From the IMG/VR virus record IMGVR_UViG_3300027895_000001, positions 1-64,000 of that record: a stretch of DNA of 64,000 bases; one strand, written 5' to 3'. A program made the translations under genes and the position numbers. Below the pieces are notes generated by a model. The model saw only the letters and a program-made list of their open reading frames with translations, ran no database searches and was not told the DNA's origin. This DNA is from a virus. Shown here piece after piece: positions 53,392 through 61,938 of this stretch (position 1 is the stretch's first letter; every line of letters starts with the position of its first letter).

Positions 53392-53895
53392 ATGGTGGCC
53401 AGAGCAATCCCGGCGGTGGTAACGGGGGATGGATTATTGGGCTGGTGCTTCTGCTTGTGTATGGTGTGCTTGGTATTGTGGAGGATGTACGGAAGGAAGC
53501 TCGCCAGTTTTATAGCGAAGTTCGGAAAGCGCTTAACATTCCGCCGAAGGAGTAGCGACGGCGAAATAGTGACGGCAGGCATCTTCGTTGTCCTCGTGCT
53601 AGTCACCCTCGGGATCCGCGCCGCGCAGATGTCGAACGCTCATGTATACGAGTATTACCACGTCAAAGTGTTGCGCCAGGTCGCGCCCAACAAATGGTGG
53701 ATGTCGAAGGACGACGGCGAGTTCCTCTACACCGGATGCCCGGACTTCCCTAACGCCACGGTGATCTGGGCCGGGTACGAGGCGCGCAAGGCTCGCTGGA
53801 TGGATTTCGGATCGTGCAAGAGTATCGAACGTGCGGATTTAGGATTTTGGTGGGACCGCGACGACGAGAATAAAAACGCAAGGAGGATACAATAA
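53392..53895 (+). CDS. two-TM membrane protein
   Basis: Start at MVARAI (GGAAGG upstream) within track ORF 53188-53895. TM segments LLGWCFCLCMVCLVLW and AGIFVVLVLVTLGI. Confidence 0.5.
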   Translation: MVARAIPAVVTGDGLLGWCFCLCMVCLVLWRMYGRKLASFIAKFGKRLTFRRRSSDGEIVTAGIFVVLVLVTLGIRAAQMSNAHVYEYYHVKVLRQVAPNKWWMSKDDGEFLYTGCPDFPNATVIWAGYEARKARWMDFGSCKSIERADLGFWWDRDDENKNARRIQ

Positions 53896-54086
53896 TGCCA
53901 AACGGATCAGGACCGCCGGATAAGTTTCCACAATTCATCGACCTCTCTCAATATCCAACCCCTGCCGAACGAGCGACCGCGTTGGGCAACGCCTACGCGG
54001 AGTTCTACGCAACGTATCACTGGTGGCCGACTGTCGCTGTCGCGGTCGGGGAAGTAGTGTACCTCGGCGCGTATAAACAGCAATGA
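53895..54086 (+). CDS. small protein with C-terminal hydrophobic segment
   Basis: AGGAGG RBS; 63 aa; WWPTVAVAVGEVVYLGA. Confidence 0.5.
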   Translation: MPNGSGPPDKFPQFIDLSQYPTPAERATALGNAYAEFYATYHWWPTVAVAVGEVVYLGAYKQQ

Positions 54087-54478
54087 AGCTCGTCATCCAG
54101 CGCGACACGTTCACCGATAACTCCACCACGGGAGAGTTATCCGTCGATGGCGCGTTCCTCTGCTATACGCTGGAGCCCCGCTCGGATCAGTCGGAGGGGA
54201 AGCCGTATGCGATCCCGCAGGGTACGTATCCGGTAACGCTGGAGATGTCGGCGCACTTCAAGGAGGTAACGCCGCATCTCCAGAACGTGCCGGGATTCAC
54301 CGAGATCGAGATTCACCCCGGCAACTGGCCGTCAGATACAGAGGGGTGTACGATTGTTGGCGCGAGTCGTGGCGTCGATATGGTAGGATCATCGCGGCTG
54401 GCGTTCGGTCAGTTGATGGAGAAGTTACAGGGCCAAACAGAGATCACCGCAACTTACATTGGAGGAGCGTTACCATGA
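54083..54478 (+). CDS. DUF5675-like protein (possible cell-wall-active enzyme)
   Basis: MKLVIQRDTF...TTGELSVDG.FLCYTLE...AIPQGTYPV...VPGFTEIEIHPGN...DTEGCTIVG matches my memory of the DUF5675 pattern. ATGA overlap. Confidence 0.55.
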   Translation: MKLVIQRDTFTDNSTTGELSVDGAFLCYTLEPRSDQSEGKPYAIPQGTYPVTLEMSAHFKEVTPHLQNVPGFTEIEIHPGNWPSDTEGCTIVGASRGVDMVGSSRLAFGQLMEKLQGQTEITATYIGGALP

Positions 54479-55056
54479 AATTCAATCGCAACCTGTTCTG
54501 GAAGCTCATCGGCATCTTCGCCGTCATGGACCTGTGCATCATCATGGCTGGCTGCGGGGACTGGGAGTCTCAAGCGTCAACCATCATCTCGCTCCTTGGC
54601 CCCGCGATTCAGGCTCTGGTAGCGATTCTGGCTGCGTTCGGCGAGGGCGTATCGCCTGCCGTGATGACCCAGTTCAACAACTGGGCACAGCAGGCGCAGA
54701 CAGCGCTGGTCAATATCAAGGCGCTGATCGCGTCGTATAAGGCTGCCGCGGCGACCGCGCAACCGGGTGTCCTGAACGAGATTCAGGCCAGCTTGACAGC
54801 GCTGACGAGCGAACTAGGGCCGATCCTTACTCAGCTACACATCACCGATCCGAACTCACAGGACAAGTTCACCGCCGCAGTCGGAGCGGTGACGGCGTTC
54901 GTGGCGTCGCTGATCGCGCTCGTGCCAGCGGTATCCGCGGCCAAGAACATGGAGGCCGAGCGGAAGCTGGCGGACAAGGCCACCGAGAGCGCCAAGCAAT
55001 TCAAGTCGGACTTCAACTCGGCAGTGTCGTTCTTCGGGCCTGAGTATGAACTCTGA
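54475..55056 (+). CDS. lipoprotein with C-proximal TM segment (spanin-like candidate)
   Basis: ATGA overlap. Signal plus lipobox MKFNRNLFWKLIGIFAVMDLCIIMAGC. Helical body. Hydrophobic AAVGAVTAFVASLIALVPAVSAA. Confidence 0.6.
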   Translation: MKFNRNLFWKLIGIFAVMDLCIIMAGCGDWESQASTIISLLGPAIQALVAILAAFGEGVSPAVMTQFNNWAQQAQTALVNIKALIASYKAAAATAQPGVLNEIQASLTALTSELGPILTQLHITDPNSQDKFTAAVGAVTAFVASLIALVPAVSAAKNMEAERKLADKATESAKQFKSDFNSAVSFFGPEYEL

Positions 55057-55822
55057 ACCGTTCGTCCATCCCACGCGGGGGCCGTTGCATCTCGGACGGC
55101 CCCACGTCTCACCCCGCAACAAGCGGACGATGGCCAAGTTCGCCGTGCTACATGATTTCCTTGCGGCTCTGCCGACTGCACCAGACGCACTCGACAACTC
55201 TGCCGGGATCACGTCGTGGGGCGAGATGCTCAACGACAATCTCGGGGACTGCACCTGCGCGACCTGTGGCCACATGATTCAGGCGTGGACCGCCGACACC
55301 GGCGCGGAGGTCACCGTCCCCGACTCCGCAATCCTGACCGAGTACGAGCAGGCCTGTGGGTATAATCCCGCCGATCCCGCGACCGATCAGGGTGGAGTCA
55401 TTACCGCCGTGCTCGACTACTTCCGCGATACCGGAGTAGGAGGACACAGGATCAGCGCCCACGCCGAGGTCAACCTGACGCAACTCCGAGTGCAGCAAGC
55501 CGTATACGTGTTCGGAGCCGTTGATCTCGGCATCCAGCTCCCGGTGACCGCGCAGAATCAGGTCGGCGGCTTATGGGACATCATCGACAACGACGTGACT
55601 GGAGACGCTGCGCCGGGATCGTGGGGAGGCCACTCGGTCCCTATCGTCAAGTACGACGCCACAGGGATATGGGTCGTCACGTGGGGCGCGTTGCAACAAG
55701 CGTCATGGCCGTGGCTCATGTATTACGCCGACGAGGCCCACGCCGCTATCTCACTAGACTATACGAAGTCTCCGGTAGCGACGGACCAGCTCGTGGCGGA
55801 CCTGCAAGCGGTAGGCTCATAG
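55046..55822 (+). CDS. papain-like cysteine peptidase
   Basis: NLGDCTCATCGH (catalytic Cys context), GGHSVPIVKYD (His context) and VVTWGALQQASW resemble C1-family signatures. Confidence 0.55.
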   Translation: MNSEPFVHPTRGPLHLGRPHVSPRNKRTMAKFAVLHDFLAALPTAPDALDNSAGITSWGEMLNDNLGDCTCATCGHMIQAWTADTGAEVTVPDSAILTEYEQACGYNPADPATDQGGVITAVLDYFRDTGVGGHRISAHAEVNLTQLRVQQAVYVFGAVDLGIQLPVTAQNQVGGLWDIIDNDVTGDAAPGSWGGHSVPIVKYDATGIWVVTWGALQQASWPWLMYYADEAHAAISLDYTKSPVATDQLVADLQAVGS

Positions 55823-55833
55823 AGGAGAGGTGA

Positions 55834-57159
55834 ATGGCCTGTCCCATCACGCTCGCGATTGCAGACGCCGCGCTATCCGCGCGCCTCTACCTCCCTGCGG
55901 ACCCGAACCAGCAATTCTGGTCGCAGGCGGAGCGTCTACTCTACCTCCAAGAGGCGATCCGTGAGTGGAACGCGCTGGCGGCGTACTGGCGCGGTGACTT
56001 CCAGTTCCCTTCTCAGGCTAACGTTGCGTGGTACGACCTCACAACGGTCGTGGGGACGCTACGCCCTGTGACGCTCACTCCATCTCTCCTCTATACCATC
56101 ATTCTCTACCACCTGCTGGAACCGCCGACCGGGAGCGTGTCGGCGCAGTTCTCCGCCACCGACCTGTCCAACGCCGTCAATCAGCGGCTCAACGAACTCC
56201 TTGGCACCACGGGATGCTTCATCACGCACTCGACGATCCCCGCCGCGCCCGGCCGAACGGCGCTGGCCGCCAACACTCTGGACCTGCGCCGTCTGGCATT
56301 CATCCCCGCTATGGGATTCGGCTCTCCGTCGACGCTGTGGGAGGACGACTCCTGGGCGTGGCAGGCCTTCGAGCCCAATTACACGACCATGCCACCCGGC
56401 ATCCCCTCGACCTACGCGAGGTCGACACAGCCGGTACAGACGTTCGACGTGGACACCAACCTGAACGTCCCTGGCACCTACGAGTTGTTGACCATCGAGA
56501 ATTCGCTGGCGTCGCCTACCTCGACGATCATCCCTGACGATTGGGCGTGGGTGCTCAAGTGGGGCGCGCTGGCGGAACTCCTCGGTCGAGAGTCGAACGC
56601 CAAGGATCCGTTGCGGCAACAGTATTGCGAGCGACGGTACGCGGAGGGGATGTCGCTGCTGGCGCTGGCCCCGGCGCTGCTAGGGATGCGCGTCAACAAC
56701 GTCCCCATCGAGGTCGACGCGGTAGTGTCGTCGGACCAGTACAACACAGGATGGGAGTCGACGACTCCGACGGCTCCGACAGCGGCGCTCGTAGCGGGAT
56801 TGAACCTCGTCGCGCTGTCGCCCACGCCGGACTCCTCTCTCTACACTGTAAGCGCCACCGTCGTCGAGAACGCGCCTGTGCCATCCCTCTCAGCGGATTG
56901 CATCAACGTGACGGAAGACGTATATGAGGCGATCCTCGACGAGGCACAGCATCTCGCCATGTTCAAGTGCGGCGGAGCAGAGTTCGAGGCCACGCTCGCG
57001 ATGCACCAGCGGTTCCTGTCGCTGGCGGCGCTGTATTCCAGCCGGATCGCGGAGATGGGCGAGTTCGCCCAAACGCTGTACAAGCAGTCGCAGCGAGAGG
57101 CAGAGCGCCATCCACGATACACGGCCGACTCTCCGGCGGAGGTTACCAGTGGCGGATAG
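55834..57159 (+). CDS. hypothetical virion protein (connector/adaptor-like N-terminus)
   Basis: GGAGAGG RBS; 441 aa. Confidence 0.65.
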   Translation: MACPITLAIADAALSARLYLPADPNQQFWSQAERLLYLQEAIREWNALAAYWRGDFQFPSQANVAWYDLTTVVGTLRPVTLTPSLLYTIILYHLLEPPTGSVSAQFSATDLSNAVNQRLNELLGTTGCFITHSTIPAAPGRTALAANTLDLRRLAFIPAMGFGSPSTLWEDDSWAWQAFEPNYTTMPPGIPSTYARSTQPVQTFDVDTNLNVPGTYELLTIENSLASPTSTIIPDDWAWVLKWGALAELLGRESNAKDPLRQQYCERRYAEGMSLLALAPALLGMRVNNVPIEVDAVVSSDQYNTGWESTTPTAPTAALVAGLNLVALSPTPDSSLYTVSATVVENAPVPSLSADCINVTEDVYEAILDEAQHLAMFKCGGAEFEATLAMHQRFLSLAALYSSRIAEMGEFAQTLYKQSQREAERHPRYTADSPAEVTSGG

Positions 57160-60100
57160 CGGCCGGAACTACACGCGTCCGAACGAGGGATTCCGCTTCC
57201 GCTACGGCGGCATGAAGCTGAACGCGCCGCCAGACGCGCTCACGCCTGGCAACAAATACGTGTACGGGCGCAATATCCGGGTGGTCAATGACAGCGCTAT
57301 CGAGACTCGACCGGGGTTGGCGTCGTTCTATCCCACCAACTCCCACTCTGTTACCGACCTGCGAGCCTTCGCTGCCCTCAATACAGACAACGATCCTGTC
57401 ATCGTAGCGGTCAGCAACGACAACAACGTGTGGACGCAGGCTGGCGTCGTCGGTGCGCTGTCCGGCAGCGCAGGATTCCCCGGCGCGGCTATGATCCCGT
57501 TCCGGCCAGCGCAGTCGCCGAACCCGTGGATGTATATCGCCAATGGGAACGACTACCAGAAGTTCAGCGCGCCCGTCGCGGGAGTGGTGACGCAGCAGAA
57601 GGTGGGAATCGCGGAGCCGCAGACAGCGCCGAACGCGGCATCGACGACCACGCTCTACAATATATTCTCGCCGAATCCTTCCTACACACACGCTGGAGTG
57701 GCTGGAGCGGTGTCGAATACCGCCCGCGTCACCGATACCGTGCAATCAGTGTTCGCTGATCCCGGCGTGCCCACGACCGGGTTCGCCACCCTCGGCGTCT
57801 CCACAAGCCAAGTGTATACGAGGCAGATGGCGCTCTCCATCAGCGACACTGGCGTGTTGGTGCAGGACGTATACCCGGCGCAGCCTGTGGCTATTGGCAT
57901 CCTGGCGGTCTACTACTTCACGGGGACGACCGGACGCTGCATCGTCGTTCCGGCTAACTTGGGCGCGGGGCCGGGGAACGAGGGCCAATCCCTCTACGAG
58001 CAGAACCTCCTCGGATCGCTGCGCCGTGGAGCGCTCATCAAGTTCAGCGGTGGCTCTGAGACCTGCATCGTGTGGAGCGTCACCGAGGGGCCGGATGGGA
58101 CGGTATGCCTCGAAACGTCGACGACGGGCACGCATACTTCCGCCGAGACGTTCACTGCGCCACAGGCAATCCAAGTGAACCTCCCGGCGTCGTCGTTCAC
58201 CGTGGGCCAGTCGATCACGTCGCCGACGGTCACCTTTGCGCTGAGCGGCGCGGGGATCGGCACCGAGACCTCTACCGCAGGCCTCGGCAACCCGTTCGTA
58301 TACAGCACGGACTCGTTCCAAGAGGCCGACTACCTCCACTTCTCGATCAACGTGAGCGTGCTGACGGCGTTGAACGAGGCCAAGCTCCTGTTCGACGTGG
58401 GCGACGGGTCGTTCACCCAGAACCTCTACTACTACACGGTGCGCGTCTCCGACATCGAGGCGGGCGTGCAGAACACGCTGACCCAGCTTGGAGCGGCTCA
58501 GTTGGTCGACCAGCGCGCCACGATCGACGAGGAGACGGCGGCAGCGTCCGGCAATCAGTTGTCTACGTCGTCCAGCGCTCAGACGACGCCGGGCGACCTC
58601 CAATGGGCCGAGATCATCTTCCCGATCTCGGCGCTGACCCGCGTCGGCAACGACCAGACGAAGACGTTGCAGAATGTGAACGCGGTACAGTTCCTCGTCA
58701 ACGCCGCGTCGCTGGCCGGGACCGCGTTCTCCTACCCGATCAACATTCAGCTCGGCCCGGTCACTATCTGGGGTGGATACTCGCCGGACGTGGGACAGAG
58801 TGGCGCGCCGTATCTCTACCGCGTGCGCCCGCGGTCGTCGCTGACCGGGGCCAAGGGGAATCCGTCGCCGGAGACGCGGTACGGCGTCAACCCGCGACGC
58901 GAGCAGGTCACGCTGGCGTTGCCGTCGGCTGCGTATGACGGGCAGATTGATACGTGGGACGTGTTCCGCTACGGCGGGAGCGTCACGTCGTGGCGATGGA
59001 TCGGCCAATCGCCCACGACCTCGACCACGTTCATCGACAACTATTCCGACGAGGCGGCGCTGGCGGGCGAGGAATTGGAGTTCGACAACTACGAGCCGTG
59101 GCCGTCGATCGACGTGCCGCTAATGAACGGTCTTGCCGCACCGGTCACGGGATTCGTCGCCAGTATATGGGTGCCGACGCCCAACAACGTCCTGCGCTGG
59201 CTCCCTGGCACCGAGGTACGCATCGGCGGCACCAACGTCTACACGCTACGCTCCCGGCCCACCCTGCTCGCCACCGGGCGTGGTATTAACTACTACCAGT
59301 TCGAGTTCGTCGAGAACGCCGGGTATATCCTCACCACGAACGCTGCCGTCTACGAGCCCAACTTGGCGCGCCAGCTCCTGCCGTATATGTGGGGGCCGGA
59401 CGCCGAGGGGACCGTGTTCGCGGTCGGCGATCCGCTGCGGCCAGGGACGATCTCGTTCGCCAAGAATTACGCGCCAGACTCCGCACCCGACTCCTACGAC
59501 ATCGAGATCACGCCGCCGACCGAACCTCTGCTGGGCGGAGAGTTGCTCGACGGCCTCAGCTTCGTGGCGTCTACGGAGCGTTGGTGGGCGCTCTACCCGC
59601 AACCGTCGAATCCCACTCAACGCTACTCCTACATCCAGCAGCCGCTACCGCGAGGGCTCGCCGCACCGTGGGGCCACTGCACCGACGGCAAGACGATATG
59701 GTGGTGGGCCAAGGACGCGATTTGGGACTCGCAGAAGGGATCGCTGACCGACGCGGACCTCTACAACCTGTTCCCACATGACGGCGTGGCTGGCGTGAAC
59801 GTCACCTACAACGGGTATGAGGTGTTGGCGCCAGACTACGCCTACGCGGCCAACTTCCGTCTCGCCCATTGCAACGGCTACCTCTACGCGACCTATGTCG
59901 ACTCAACGGGGAATTGGCGCTGCCTCGTCTGTGACACCCGCACTGCCGCGTGGTCGGTGGATATCTATAACAACGGATCACCGCCGTCTGCGTTCTATCA
60001 CGTCGAGCAGCAGGGAGGTACGTTGCTGACACCGGGCCTTTCGACGTATCCGGTGCTGGTCGCTGGCGGCTCCACTGGCGGGGTGTTCATACAGAGTCCG

Positions 60101-61351
60101 TATACGAACGACGCCATCGGGCCAATCGCGGCGGCGATCATCACCGGGGAGTGGGACGGCGGGGATGTGCGCGCAGGGGAGGTGTGGGGCGACGCGTGGC
60201 TCGATTCTAATCCCTCAGCGGCGACAGGCGTGAGCGTGACTCCAATGAGCGGAGGCGTGCCGCTGGCCGCAACGACGGTAATTGCGCCGTCGGCGTCGCG
60301 AACGCAGACGCAGATATCGCTGGGCGGTGGCGTCCTCAGCGACTTCCTCGGCCTCCAGATCGCATGGACGGACAACTTCACCGCGCAAGGCGCAGCGACT
60401 CGGATCAATATATGGCAGCCCTCATTTATTCAGAAGCCAGAGACGATCACGGATCGCTACACGGACTGGTACGACGGCGGAACGGAATCGGCGAAGTATA
60501 TCCAGGGATTCCTACTCCACGCGGATACGTTCAACGCGCTACGAGGATTGCAGGTACGAGACAGCGACACTCTCACGCTGCATCCGTTCACGCCTGTCGT
60601 GCAGCACAACGGCGAGAGCATCATCGCGTATTCGTTCGTGACGCCGTTCATCGCGCACACCGTGCGGCTGGAGCCGTCGCTGGTCGGCGGGCCAATATCG
60701 ACGGAGATCCTGAGCGTAGTCAACAATCCCATATTCAACACGCAGGTTGTGGCGACGGTCGCCAACAGCGACGGATTCGCATTAGGTGCGGAGGCCACGA
60801 TCACTGAAGTAGCGCCATATGATGGCACGTTCCCGATTACCAGCGTGGGGCCGGGGTATATCGGGTGGACCGATCCCAGCCTTACCGAGTCCTACCCTAC
60901 CGAGGAAGACGGCCTCATATCCGCCATCTCGATGGGTGTACAGGTGCCGTGGCGGTTCTTTGGCGTCGAGTGGGTGTTCGAGTCGACGCCGGAGGCTGCG
61001 GAGACGTGGCAGACGCAGGGCACAGCGTTCGGCCTGCTCGGGTATATGCACGTGAAGCAGGTGAGCGCGTGCTACGCCGCGACGGAGCCGGTGACGTTGA
61101 CGGTGACCTGCTACGGTGGCCAGCAGCCCATGCCGATCACACTCCCGTCGACGGGCGGCGTCATGGCGAAGCTCACGTTCATACTGACAGCGAACAAGGG
61201 CGTTATATATTTCTTTTCTGCTACGTCTACAGCACCATTCCAACTGTTCCTAGAAAATTGGGAAATTTGGGTTGGTGGCTGGAGTCGTACAGATAATTAT
61301 CTCAGATACAGATCCCTTGGCGGGGCTACGGGAGATCAAGCGCGCATATGA
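57149..61351 (+). CDS. large virion/tail protein (1400 aa)
   Basis: GTG 57149 with GGAGG 6 nt upstream. The track start at 56924 would overlap the previous gene by 236 nt. The last ~50 codons are AT-richer. Confidence 0.7.
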   Translation: MADSGRNYTRPNEGFRFRYGGMKLNAPPDALTPGNKYVYGRNIRVVNDSAIETRPGLASFYPTNSHSVTDLRAFAALNTDNDPVIVAVSNDNNVWTQAGVVGALSGSAGFPGAAMIPFRPAQSPNPWMYIANGNDYQKFSAPVAGVVTQQKVGIAEPQTAPNAASTTTLYNIFSPNPSYTHAGVAGAVSNTARVTDTVQSVFADPGVPTTGFATLGVSTSQVYTRQMALSISDTGVLVQDVYPAQPVAIGILAVYYFTGTTGRCIVVPANLGAGPGNEGQSLYEQNLLGSLRRGALIKFSGGSETCIVWSVTEGPDGTVCLETSTTGTHTSAETFTAPQAIQVNLPASSFTVGQSITSPTVTFALSGAGIGTETSTAGLGNPFVYSTDSFQEADYLHFSINVSVLTALNEAKLLFDVGDGSFTQNLYYYTVRVSDIEAGVQNTLTQLGAAQLVDQRATIDEETAAASGNQLSTSSSAQTTPGDLQWAEIIFPISALTRVGNDQTKTLQNVNAVQFLVNAASLAGTAFSYPINIQLGPVTIWGGYSPDVGQSGAPYLYRVRPRSSLTGAKGNPSPETRYGVNPRREQVTLALPSAAYDGQIDTWDVFRYGGSVTSWRWIGQSPTTSTTFIDNYSDEAALAGEELEFDNYEPWPSIDVPLMNGLAAPVTGFVASIWVPTPNNVLRWLPGTEVRIGGTNVYTLRSRPTLLATGRGINYYQFEFVENAGYILTTNAAVYEPNLARQLLPYMWGPDAEGTVFAVGDPLRPGTISFAKNYAPDSAPDSYDIEITPPTEPLLGGELLDGLSFVASTERWWALYPQPSNPTQRYSYIQQPLPRGLAAPWGHCTDGKTIWWWAKDAIWDSQKGSLTDADLYNLFPHDGVAGVNVTYNGYEVLAPDYAYAANFRLAHCNGYLYATYVDSTGNWRCLVCDTRTAAWSVDIYNNGSPPSAFYHVEQQGGTLLTPGLSTYPVLVAGGSTGGVFIQSPYTNDAIGPIAAAIITGEWDGGDVRAGEVWGDAWLDSNPSAATGVSVTPMSGGVPLAATTVIAPSASRTQTQISLGGGVLSDFLGLQIAWTDNFTAQGAATRINIWQPSFIQKPETITDRYTDWYDGGTESAKYIQGFLLHADTFNALRGLQVRDSDTLTLHPFTPVVQHNGESIIAYSFVTPFIAHTVRLEPSLVGGPISTEILSVVNNPIFNTQVVATVANSDGFALGAEATITEVAPYDGTFPITSVGPGYIGWTDPSLTESYPTEEDGLISAISMGVQVPWRFFGVEWVFESTPEAAETWQTQGTAFGLLGYMHVKQVSACYAATEPVTLTVTCYGGQQPMPITLPSTGGVMAKLTFILTANKGVIYFFSATSTAPFQLFLENWEIWVGGWSRTDNYLRYRSLGGATGDQARI

Positions 61352-61812
61352 ATATCACAGAGAAGAAGCGTAAATACAATCTAGCCTATCTTGAGAGTCA
61401 CCGTGATGCTATAAGAGTAAGTAAGCGAGAGTGGAGGAAAGAACGCTACGCCGCTGACCCTGATTATCTCATGCGTTATTACTGGCGCAATCGAGACAGA
61501 GTGTTAGCCAAATCGAAATTGAAACTTGCACTCATAAAACGGGAGACCATAGAGGCATATGGCGGACATTGCGCGTGTTGTGGAGAAGAAAATGTTGAAT
61601 TCTTGTCTCTTGATCATATTAACAATGACGGCAACGAGCATCGTAAGACAGTGTGTTCTGGCTCTGGGTTCTACATAAAACTCAAGAACGCTGGCTTCCC
61701 CAAAGGGCAATTACAAGTGTTGTGCTTCAATTGCAATATGGCTAAGGGGATATACGGACAATGCCCACATGTGTTAGTGATACAAGAACGATTGAATCTC
61801 GTTAGCATCTGA
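61348..61812 (+). CDS. HNH homing endonuclease
   Basis: CACCG...LSLDHINNDGNEHRK...LCFNCNMAKG. ATGA overlap with the upstream stop. AT-rich. Confidence 0.85.
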   Translation: MNITEKKRKYNLAYLESHRDAIRVSKREWRKERYAADPDYLMRYYWRNRDRVLAKSKLKLALIKRETIEAYGGHCACCGEENVEFLSLDHINNDGNEHRKTVCSGSGFYIKLKNAGFPKGQLQVLCFNCNMAKGIYGQCPHVLVIQERLNLVSI

Positions 61813-61938
61813 GCCATTACGAGCGCCAAGCGGCGTTCGTGTTATGGTACACGCAGATGTTTGAGCGGGCGCAACTACAGGGAGTGCTGCTGGAGTCGCT
61901 GACGGATTTCGAGCGGGAGTGGATCGGGAGGATGTGAC

